A DNA stretch of 64,000 nucleotides from Rhizophagus irregularis (Eukaryota), in assembly GCF_026210795.1 (NCBI RefSeq), contig NC_089435.1:2480001-2544000 (forward strand), read 5' to 3'. The notes under the pieces are model-generated. The model was not told where the DNA came from. It searched no databases and worked only from the letters and a program-made list of their open reading frames with translations. The translations under genes and the position numbers were made by a program. This document shows positions 41,522 through 52,128 of the stretch, piece after piece. Each line of letters opens with the position of its first letter. Position 1 is the first letter of the stretch.

Positions 41522-42748
41522 TCAATCGAATCGAACTCGGGTCTTATCGAATACCTCTTTTCCTTTAATCACTATTTTTGGTGTAAATCTCCCTCGATCA
41601 TAAAATTTCTTTAACCATTCTCCGTTTTGTGGTGTTTTTAGTATTCTTCCGTCCAATTCTTTGAGTTTGTACGCTCCATTTCCAAATTCTTCGTGAATTA
41701 AATATGGTCCTTTCCATTTGTTCTGTAATTTTCCAGACCATTGTTTCTCTCTCCATGCTTCATATAATAATACTTTCTCTCCTATTTCGAATTTAGGTTT
41801 TCTAATTCCTCTTTTATCGTGTTGTTGTTTCTGTTTTTCTTGAGCTTCTTCCACATTTTCTTTTATTTTTCTTCTTATTACTGGTAGCTCCTCAATTAAT
41901 ATCTTTACTCTGTCAGCTAATGTTATTTTATTTTCGTCTTTATTTAATGGTAGTCTCGCTCCCCTTCCGTATGTTGCATAAAAAGGTTTAATTCTTGTTG
42001 ATGATTGCTTCTTCGTCCTATATGCAAATAATACGGATGGTATATGTTTATCCCAATTTTCTTCTCCTAATTTGGCTAATCCTTCGCATAAAGTTTTATT
42101 GAATCTTTCGACTAAACCATTTGTTTGTGGCCTATATGGTGTACTTAATCTATGATTTATCCCACATCTTTCTACTAATTCTTCCATCATTTTATTGTTA
42201 AAGTGAGTCCCTCTATCACTAATTATTTTCTTCGGACACCCATGCCTACAAATTATGTCCCTCCAAATAAATTCTACTACCTCTTTAGCCGTAGCTTCTT
42301 TTAGTGGTGCGGCCTCGGGCCATTTTGTAAAATAATCCATTGCTACTACAATGTACTTATTTCCCTTTTCTGTCTCTTTTAATGGTCCAACTATATCTAT
42401 CCCAATCATCTCGAATGGTTCATTTATCTTTATTGACGTTAATTCGTTCTTTCCTCTTGGTTTTCCTCTCATTTGACAATTCCAACATGTCTTTACATAT
42501 TCTTCTACATCTTCCTTCATATTTTTCCACCAATAATTTTCTTTTATCCTATCTAATGTCGCTTCTATCCCAAAATGTCCTGATAATTCATTATCATGCA
42601 TCATATACATTAATCCTTCGTATTCAAAATCCCTGATTACTCTAAATTTGTTTTGTCCTTTCACTCTATATAAAATTCCCTCTTTCAATTCGTACTTATT
42701 CTCTTTTTCGATATTGTCTATTATACTCTTGTAATTATTCTCTTCCAT
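41522..42748 (-). CDS. Gypsy integrase (HHCC, rve DDE core, GPY/F) as a separate ORF
   Basis: MHDNELSGHFG..CWNC; IGIDIVGP, ISDRGTHF, NGLVERFN; KWKGPY. Confidence 0.95.
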   Translation of the reverse strand: MEENNYKSIIDNIEKENKYELKEGILYRVKGQNKFRVIRDFEYEGLMYMMHDNELSGHFGIEATLDRIKENYWWKNMKEDVEEYVKTCWNCQMRGKPRGKNELTSIKINEPFEMIGIDIVGPLKETEKGNKYIVVAMDYFTKWPEAAPLKEATAKEVVEFIWRDIICRHGCPKKIISDRGTHFNNKMMEELVERCGINHRLSTPYRPQTNGLVERFNKTLCEGLAKLGEENWDKHIPSVLFAYRTKKQSSTRIKPFYATYGRGARLPLNKDENKITLADRVKILIEELPVIRRKIKENVEEAQEKQKQQHDKRGIRKPKFEIGEKVLLYEAWREKQWSGKLQNKWKGPYLIHEEFGNGAYKLKELDGRILKTPQNGEWLKKFYDRGRFTPKIVIKGKEVFDKTRVRFD

Positions 42749-42808
42749 AATATTTCTTTAATTGATTCTACCTCTAAATTTGTTATTTTCGTTATGTGTT
42801 CTATATTT

Positions 42809-44720
42809 TTAGTCCTGTGCTCTTCTCCATTTCTCCACCTCTTTAAATACTTTTCTCCAGCTACTATTGTCATTTTTAACTTTTACTCGATTGTATCTTT
42901 TGGTATCTTTATACACACTCTGATTTTCTTCAAACATTTTAACCATGTCCAAATATTCATCCTTCTTTAATGTTGGATATGATGATCTTTCCATTTTCTT
43001 TGTTTCTCTTCCGATGTAATTTTTCCAACATACATCGCTATCTTTTTCTAGAAATATCACTATTGATTTATCTATCGTTTCTTTCAATCTGAATATTTCT
43101 TTTTCCATCTCATGATTTCCATGTGGAGTAATTAATCCTCTGTCGAAACTTTTCGTCTTTTGATAATAATATTCACAATATGGTGATTTGTCTAAAATTA
43201 TTATATCTGTATCTTCATCATATTCTAACATTCTTCTGTTTATTTGTTCTACTACTTCTTTTCTAAATTTCCATTCCGTCTCCATCTTTGATTCATAAAA
43301 TTCATCTTTGTCTTTTCTTCTTCTTTTATAAGTATTGAATCTTACTTTTAATCCTTGTTTTTCCCATTCTTTAATTAGATTTTGCACTATACTTGTTTTT
43401 CCTAATCCGTCTACTCCATCGATTATTACTATTTCTGGTTGGTCCTCTACTATCTTTAATAACCTACTTAATGCGTCGGCGTTCGTATTTTCTTTTCCCG
43501 ACCTATGTATTACTTCAAAATTATATTGCTGTAATTCCATTACCCATCTCGCTCTTTTTCCTTTTGGTATCTTTGCATTCATTAATCCCTTTAATGCACT
43601 GTGATCTGTTATTACTTTAAATTTTCTATCGATTAAATATTTATGGAAATGTTGAATTCCCCAAACTATTCCTAAACATTCCAATTCTGTTATTGGATAA
43701 TTTTCTTCTGCTGGTAATAAACTTCTACTTGCGTATGCTATTACTACTTCTTTTCCTTTTTCATCTTTTTGACTTAATACTGCACCTAATCCTTTTCCTG
43801 ATGCATCTGTTATTAATAAAAATTCTTTCTTCCAATCTGGATGTCGTAATATTGGATATTGTATCAACTTTTCTTTCAATTTTTCAAACGCTTCTTGTTG
43901 TTCTTTTCCCCAAATAAAAGGTATTCCCTTCTTTCTCAAATCACTTATTGGTCTTGCTATCTTTGAAAAATTTTTCACAAATTTTCTGTAATATGAACAA
44001 AGTCCTAAAAATGATCTTATTTCTTTCACTGTTGTTGGTGCCTTCATTTCTTTTATCTTTTCTATCTTTTTATCGTCTGGCCTTAATCCATCATTTCCTA
44101 CTATATGTCCTAAAAATTCTATATTTCTTTCCAAAAATCTACATTTCTTTAGTTTTATTATTAAATTATTCTCCTGTAACTTCTTTAATACTTTTTCCAC
44201 ATGTTCCATATGGTCTTTTAAATTTTCTGAATATATCATAATATCGTCAATATATACTACTACAAAATCGTTTATGTATTCTTCTAATATTTCATCCATT
44301 AATCTTTGAAATGTTGCTGGTGCATTAGTTAAACCGAATGGCATTACATTATACTCAAATAATCCCTTTGAACATACAAATGCTGTTTTTTCTTTGTCTT
44401 CTTCTTTCATTTCTACTTGATTAAATCCTGCCGCTAAATCTATACTTGAAAACCATTTTGCTTTTCTGTATTTGTCTAACAATTCATCCATTCTTGGTAA
44501 AGGAAAACTATCCATTATAGTTATCTTGTTTAACTTTCTGTAATCAATACAGAATCTATATTTTCCCGTTTTCTTTCCTGCTAACGTAACCGGTGAACTC
44601 CATGGACTTTTTGATTTCCTTATCCTTCCTTGTTTTAACAATTTATCCACTTCTTCGCTTATAAATTTTGCCTTTTCATCTGTTTCTTTATATCTTCTTT
44701 GCTTTATTGGTTCTACCCCT
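42809..44720 (-). CDS. Reverse transcriptase-RNase H fused in frame to a C-terminal P-loop NMP/dNMP-kinase-like domain
   Basis: RT: SPWSSP, RFCIDYRKLN, MPFGLTNAPATFQ, YIDD. RNase H: TDASG, ELECLGIV, TDHSAL, ADALSR. Then IVIIDGVDGLGKTS, IIILDKSPY and IVIFLE up to the stop at 42809. Confidence 0.93.
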
Positions 44721-44924
44721 CTTTTATTTTTATCTCATGTTGCGCCGCTTTCGTTCTTCCTTCTATCTCTTCGTCATATTCCAAAATATCTTGGTATTCT
44801 AATAGTAATTTTACCATATTTTCCCAAATTGGTTCTTCTACTTTCCCTATACTTAGTTTTTGCATAAATTTTCCACTTGGTTCGAGCATCTTTTCCGTCT
44901 CTCTCTCTTCAGAGCCAAGACTTT

Positions 44925-45437
44925 CTATTTAAAATTCTGGTGCATTTTGAATACCTCTCCTTCATCGTTGCTTTCATATTCTTCGTCATCCTCGCTCTCC
45001 TCACTTTCATATATTGCTTCTCTTTCATATCCTACTGGAATCGTTATTATTTCTCCTTGTTCTTCTATTCTTAAGGTATGATCTTCGAAATTTATTTTTG
45101 CATTATACAGCTTCCATATATCATTTCCCAAAATTAGATCCTCTTCTTCTGAATCGATTACCTCAACTTCTTTTAGTATTTCCAATTCATCTTTGTATCT
45201 CAAAGTTATATTTGCCTCTCCTAACGCTGCTATCTTTTGCCCATTTGCTATTGTACATCTAAATTTACTTTTTCCAAATATAGGTATATTCAATCTTCTT
45301 CTTAATTTATCTGTTATCACGCTTACTGCTGCTCCAGTATCTATTATTACATTCACTAATTGATCTTCAACTTCTAATTCTGTTCTCATTGCTGTAGTTC
45401 TCTTTTCCTCATTTTTCATAGTTCCCACCGAGTGTAG
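44925..45437 (-). CDS. Retroviral-type aspartic protease
   Basis: VIIDTGAAVSVI and DLILGND; in frame behind the UGA at 45438-45440. Confidence 0.92.
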   Translation of the reverse strand, partial: LHSVGTMKNEEKRTTAMRTELEVEDQLVNVIIDTGAAVSVITDKLRRRLNIPIFGKSKFRCTIANGQKIAALGEANITLRYKDELEILKEVEVIDSEEEDLILGNDIWKLYNAKINFEDHTLRIEEQGEIITIPVGYEREAIYESEESEDDEEYESNDEGEVFKMHQNFK

Positions 45438-48400
45438 TCAATTTTTCTCGTTTATGCTTCTTGGTCTATATGTTCCTTCTCTCAATTGTTTATGATACTT
45501 AGTATTCTCATTTATCATTTGTCCAATTGTTATATTCGCTCTACAATTTTTCACGTCTTCCACAATATCGTAAGGTGGTATTCCATCAGTTAATCTCGGT
45601 CCATATTCTCTGGGCTTTCCTGTCCCTGATGGCTTTGTTCTAACCCAATTTCCAAATTCATCTTGCCGCATTCCAGGGTAAAATGCTTTGCCTTCCTTTG
45701 TGAACATCGGTTTATAAAATCTTCCATCTTTTGTCATGGGTCACCGACCATAATTATAATCTTCTGGTCCTATTGGACTATCCCAATTTTGACTATCTTT
45801 GTATACATTATTTTGTTCTATCCTTTCGGGCGTATATCTTGGTGTTGTTGTTCCACTTGGTATTTCTCTATCATCCATTCTATTTCCCGCTTCTCTTAAT
45901 TCTTCTTGTAAATTTCCTTCTTCACCATTATTTTTATATCCCATTATTGGATTCGACCTTCTTGTTTGTCTTCTTGTTTTTACTGCGTTATCTTTTGCGT
46001 ATAATTCATTATGGTAATTTAATTCCCTATCTTCATAATCATCGTAATAACCTTGTGTATAATACATTTCACCGTATTGTGGTTCCCCATATTCATATCC
46101 ATCATAATCATATTCTTCTTGGTCATCGTATTCGTCTATCATATTCACTCCTACATTCCTTCTTTTCTCTGGACACTCTCTTGAATAATGACCAGCTCTA
46201 CCACATGTATAGCATGTCGGTACTCTTTTTTGGAATGACTGATTTCTTTGAATTGGTTGATTTCTTTGCATTGGTTGGTTTCTTTGTGGCAATCGCCTAT
46301 AGCTCTGACTCGCTAAATTTCTTAATCTTTCATTCTCATCTTCTAACATCTTAATTTGTAACTTCGCAAAACTGTCTGCTAATTCATCTACACTTACCCC
46401 TTTATTATTCCTTACATTCCCTTGAACAATAGGTTCTTGTCTTCTTTGTTCATCATTAATTCCTTTTGGTTGTACTTTATCTGTTAATGCTTCTAAACCT
46501 CTTTCTACGTTTTTTGCTATCTGAAATGTTGCATTTAGATCTGCTGGATTTCCCATTACTACGTCTTTAGTAAAGTCCGGTTTTAATCCTCTAATAAAAA
46601 TTCTCTTTTGCTGATTTGCTGCTACTGCTGCATCACCTCCCGCTCTCTTTAACATATACTTAAATCTCGTAAGGTATTGAGTTACATTCTCGTCTCCCTG
46701 TCTAATCTTTTCTAATTGTTCTAGCCATCTATCTTTAATTTCATCACTTGCATACTTTCCAATTATTCTTACTCTTAATCTTAAATTATGATCTCCATTA
46801 ACATTCCAATCGACAATATTTACTCCTTCAGTCTTTAACCAATCTGCTGCTCCTCCCATTAATTTCGCTTTTGCTAATCTAAATCTCTGTGCGTCATCAT
46901 TCCCTAAACCATTCGCTGTAAATGTCTCCTCAAATTTATCTGCCCATTCTTCTGGATCTTCTCCACTGGTACCATAAAATACTGGTATTTCCACAATAGC
47001 TCCCCTATTTGCGTTTAAATTTCCTATTGCATTAGTATTCGCTTGAACTTCTCCTTGTAATCCTGTCAATGTTACTGGTGGTAATGCTAAATTGTTCCAA
47101 TCTGCCCCAATATCATGATTATACATAGTATTCATTAATGCTCTTAGATCTGCTCTGAGTTCATCTCTTGATGCTGCCATTGTTATCTTTGGTTTTATTG
47201 GTGGTACTGGTGTTATTGGTATTATAGGTACTTCCTTTGATTTTTTATTTTTCTCTTTACTTTTTGGTTTTTTACTTGAGCCAATTTTGGGTCCTTTTAT
47301 ATCCTCTTCCATTTCATCTTCATCATCCGTTGGATTTTCTTTTTCAATATCTTCTTCACATTCTATGCAGGTTTCTTTTCCAATTTCAAATTCTTTCTTT
47401 AATCTTTCAATTTCACATCTTCCGCATTCTTTTGTGTTTTCAACTCTCCATTGTAATATTTGTTCATCTAATTTTTCATCTTCAAGATTCCATATTGTTA
47501 AATATTTCTTCATAAATTCATATGTTGTTATTATCTTTGCGGTTACTCCAAATTTTCTTATTCTTTCAATTTCCGTTATTTCTACATCATATCCCATTCT
47601 TTTCAAATCCATTCTAATTATTTCTTCGAATACCTTTGTTGTTTCTGTTTCTTCAACATTATTAGATTCAATAGATTCGTCAGATTCCTCATCTGACATT
47701 TCTTCATTTTTACTAATTGGTAAATTTTCTTCCTCCCCATCGTCTGTTTCTGTTATAGTATAACTTCTTGGTGTGTCATCACTATCTGTTTCATCTATAT
47801 TTAATTGCTCAAACCCCCTAATCTTATCGTAAACTTTTTCAATTACTACTTTCGAGATTCCTCCACCACGACCTTTTACGTACATTGTATTCAACATTGA
47901 TCTAATCTTTTGTTTGAACGCTTCTATTTTTTCCGTTGACTCATCTTCTTTTAATTCTGCTTCCTCATACAATATATCTTTGTATTTTCTAATAACGCTA
48001 TCTTTCCATTTTATAAACTCTAATATAGCCACTTTATGCCATTCATAAAATTCCCTAAATCTTATATTCACATCCCAATCTTCCAAAATATAACCATATC
48101 TTATTAATTCTTCATTCCCTATTAATCTGTCTATTGTTTCGTCTTCTTTATCGTTTTCTATACAATCTCTCGCAACCACTATTATTATTATCTTTAGTCC
48201 TTTCTCTCTCAGTATTGGTTGTTTCAAGTATCTTATCGATTCAACTATTATATCTAATGCATCTCTAGTTTTTCCTTTCGTATAATTATTTCTTTCTTCA
48301 CTATCTATACTTAATAAATTTATTAGCGCCCTTATAGTTTCTGCATTATAATCCCTTATTGTATATTCAAATTTTTGTAATATTCTCCAAAATTTCTTAA

Positions 48401-48548
48401 AAACTTCTGGTGTATCTCTTATTGGATAACATATTTCACATGTTATATTTTCTCCTCTCAATTCGTCTATATCTACATTTCTGATATTTTCGTCATGTCT
48501 TAATTTGTGGTTCTCGTAATCAACCCTCCAAGTTTCATACCATTCCAT
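45438..48548 (-). CDS. Gag with long N-terminal extension, capsid-like region and CCHC knuckle; internal in-frame TGA at 45741-45743
   Basis: IPVFYGTSGEDPEEW, IRQGDENVTQYLTRF, FIRGL, CYTCGRAGHYSREC; the downstream ORF 45438-45737 (PYDIVEDV..ANITIGQMI) is in the same frame. Confidence 0.9.
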
Positions 48549-50119
48549 CGTTGTAATCGTTCATCCAGAATCTTAACTAAAATCTCACCTCCTTTTATAT
48601 ATATATTTCACTCTCATCGTTTCTATTTTCAATCTTCTATGTTTCTATTTTCAATCTTCTTTTATCTTTAAATAGATTGCTCCTTTCAATCTTTAAATTC
48701 CATCTTTCAGTTTTATATATTTACTACTCCATATTCTATTATTAATTTTTGCTGCGCCTCAAAATTTCAAAAATTATTCTAAGTCCACGATCTCCTCAGA
48801 CTGCGGAGGTTTTTACTGCGCCACAAAGTTTATCTTTTGTCACCAAGATCCATAATCTCACATATCACATTCTAAATTTTATCTCCTATCACCGTGATTC
48901 ATAATTTCACATATCACATCCTAAAATTCATCTTCCATCACCGAGATTCATAATTTCACATATCACAAACTCCAAAATTTTCATAACTTTTAAAGTTTGC
49001 GAATCTTCAATCTTTCTTATCATCCACATAAATCCTTCTTACTATATATTCTATATTATGTAAATTAATCTATGATACACAAAATGTCGTTCTTTTCAAA
49101 TAAATGTCCTTCTTTTCAAATAAATGTTCTTTTTCAAGTAAATATTCTTCTTTTAAATAAATGTCCTTCTTTTCGGATTTTACTCTATTATTAAATACTG
49201 CACGTAATATCCATTATACGGCTCGTTAATGTGTAAATATCCTTCTATTTCATCTTCTTTTAACGGAACATTGTAATGAGAGCGTGAACTAGGACACTAC
49301 ACCAGGAACCTTCATCTGAAATGTAGCCTAGGACCTGTAACAATATAACGTATCCATTTTTCCTCCTTCGTTGGCCGACTTGTCTCTTAACGGGTGAATC
49401 TAACCTTCCAAAATCCAGTTTTAAAAGTCATCAGCTATCCATAAAACTCATCTAAACCAACTTATCTTTCCTCAAATTGGTGGACCTATACTGGGCTTAT
49501 CTCTATCTTTTTCCCATTGGGTAAAAGCATGATAGTTTACAGGTTTGTCCCATTTTATCCATTCAATGTTTCTTGATAGTAGGTGTCTTTACAATTTTCA
49601 TTCCCCGTTCCCAAAGCAATTTGCGCATTATTGAGCTGGGTATCCAGATTTGACGTAACCCATACGTTATAATCTTTAATGTCGAAGAATAAAAATTTTC
49701 CAATTTCGAGCATTTGTCCAAAATTCAAACTCAGAGGTAACCCATACCACACAGATGAACCCCAGATAATACATTGGTGTTCTCCCATTATTAATCTTTA
49801 TTTCAAAATCCATCTTTCACTTCCACATCTCCTTATGAGATTTCTCAGGTACTTTATTCCCGAAAGAAATATTCTTGTGCTTTCTATCGATTAAATGATT
49901 ACTCGCACAACTTCAAACTCCAATCTTTCACCTTTTCAAGTTTTTAACTCAATCCAATCCTTATTGATTTATTGGTTCTTTTTGAACTCGTCAAAACCTG
50001 AAATCTAAAAATAAATTCTAAAATAAAATATTGATTAATAATACCTATCAGTGACTTACTAACGAAGTCAAATTTTCATATTCATTATTATAATAATCAT
50101 GTGATGATGATCATTTCCT

Positions 50120-50137
50120 TTCTCGGAGCATGCACCA
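50120..50137 (-). other. Primer-binding site, probably tRNA-Gly type
   Basis: TGGTGCATGCTCCGAGAA lies 2 nt inside the 5' LTR; complementary to a tRNA ending ...CATGCACCA, as in eukaryotic tRNA-Gly(GCC). tRNA identity is inferred. Confidence 0.75.
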
Positions 50138-50139
50138 TA

Positions 50140-51179
50140 TGAGATCCCCCAATTCCCTCTGTCATCAATTTACAGAGTTGCCACATCGAACGGGCATTCT
50201 CATGGTCGAACGAACGAATAAACGAACGAACGATCAATTAAACGAACAAGCAATTAATCAGCGACATAATTAACGAACAACATAATCAACGAACAACATA
50301 CAACAATATATAACAACAACATTCTTGGTTTACAAAATAAATAGCGTTAGTAATATAAAACGTTGAACGATATAAAATAAAATTTAACTTCTCTAAATTT
50401 TCCCCAAATTATATCCACTTTTACCTTTAATTTCAAACTTCGATAGCTCTCGCTACGAATTATTACTTTTCAAAAACATATATTTAATTCATCTTAAAAT
50501 TTTCATTTGTTTAATTAAAATTAATTAAGCGAACATTAATTAAAGTTTAGGGCGAACCTATTACCTTTAATTAACATTAAACTTCATTAACAAATAATTA
50601 AATGAAACTTATATTTTATTTGAGTTCTGTGGATGAGAACTAAGGAATTACCTTGAACTCCGTTCTCTATATATACAATTTTTATGCTACTTTCTATTCT
50701 ATCTATATACTATCTTTTATGTTCTTTTTACATATTATCTTTGAACTATCTTTCTAATATACTATCTATATTTTAAATACGCTATCTTTTAATATGCTAT
50801 CTTTTTATATTATCTTTTACATTATTTTGTGTTCTTTAATCTTTCTGACATTATTTTATATATTCTTTTAATTCGCTTTATGTGTTTTACTTATAATCTA
50901 TCTTTTGTGGCTTATAATTATTCTTTCTTATCGTTCTTATTGTTAAAGATTGCTAAGCCGCAATTGATCGACTCTATTTACCCTATTGGTTCCTTGTCAA
51001 TCATTCAATAAATATTACATCATGTAGATCATTACTCTTCCTAAATGTTTATCCTTTTCGGCTAATTATTTATCCATCTACGCCAATCCACGATTAATTT
51101 GTTCGTTCTTAATATTTAATAATTACATTTGGTGGTTGAATTTTATCATCTTTTCGTGCTTGATATTCGACCGTTTACA
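50140..51179 (-). repeat. 5' LTR
   Basis: Direct repeat of 40406-41445; followed (minus strand) by the PBS. Confidence 0.97.
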
Positions 51180-51183
51180 ACGC

Positions 51184-52128
51184 GTATGTTCCTTGTAGGC
51201 TGGTGTGAGATTGTAAGACTGAAAAAATAAAATAATTAATATAAAGTTACGAAATTAAAATAATAAATTTCTCATTCTTACAAAAATCAAACTACAATTG
51301 CCCAATTTATCACCATCACGTGGTTCAGTTGGCATAAATCTGGTATGATGCCTCTTTTGCAATATAATACTATATATTAAGGGATTAGTAAATTTAGAAA
51401 TTGTAAAATAATAATGGTAACAACATGACGTTAAAAAACTTACAATGTTAGTGTAGGTCCCAAATTTCTGTACACACTAGCAAAGACTTCTTTAAGTGCT
51501 TTTACTTCATAAGTTTTTACATGTTGAAATTGAGTTTCACCAACTCCATCACGATAAAACAAAAATTTTCTCAGTAAAACTTGATTTCTTTGATAAAAAC
51601 ACGAAGTAAATCGATTACTACTCCTTTGAGATCTTCAATAATTTAATTTCGAGGATCCTTATTAACACATAATCTTCCAGCGTATCTAGTAGCTTTTTGA
51701 ATCCAATGAGGCACATACAGCTACAATACTTGGCCTATTATCACCTCTTCCGGAATGGAAAACGTCAGCGCCGAGTATCATTGTCAGTTCTGAAGATACA
51801 AAATCAATTTGATCGTTGGTTAATATTACATTTTGTCCACCTAATTTTGCGTTCACTTTCAAAAAGATGTTTGAACAAATTTGATCGATTCCATTTTTTC
51901 TCACTAATCGTTTGAGTAAAATACATTGAGTTGGAACACCCAATTGCGTGTCCCAATCCTTTTAATTTCTCCATATATTGGACCCATTGATCCCAAAATA
52001 CATATAATGATATGTGGAGGATAATTTTTGTTAAACAAAGATTTGTGACAAGCAATATTCAACGCCGTAGTAATTTCGCTTTGAGGATATGACGTAAGGA
52101 TCATTCGGGATGTCTAAAGACTCTGTCT
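51184..52128 (-). pseudogene. Argonaute MID-PIWI fragment (frameshifted, truncated at both ends)
   Basis: GVPTQC, NIFLKVNAKLGGQN, MILGADVFH, PSIVAVCASLD, FYRDGVGETQF, intron, LQKRHHTRF..GNC, then LQSHTSLQGT abutting the LTR. Confidence 0.92.

Larger units (their letters stand above)
40406..51179 (-). mobile_element. Full-length Ty3/Gypsy LTR retrotransposon (10,774 bp)
   Basis: Two 1040-bp TG...CA LTRs; 4-bp TSD ACGC (40402-40405, 51180-51183); PBS and PPT present; gag-PR-RT-RH-IN order. Confidence 0.97.

Noticed and set aside
44925..44937. G_AAU_UUU as a programmed -1 slippery site between PR and RT
   Set aside because: A -1 slip there meets UAA immediately; a missing A in the A-run is the simpler explanation.
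42340..47763. Many plus-strand ORFs inside the retrotransposon
   Set aside because: Antisense shadows of purine-rich gag/pol; no motifs.
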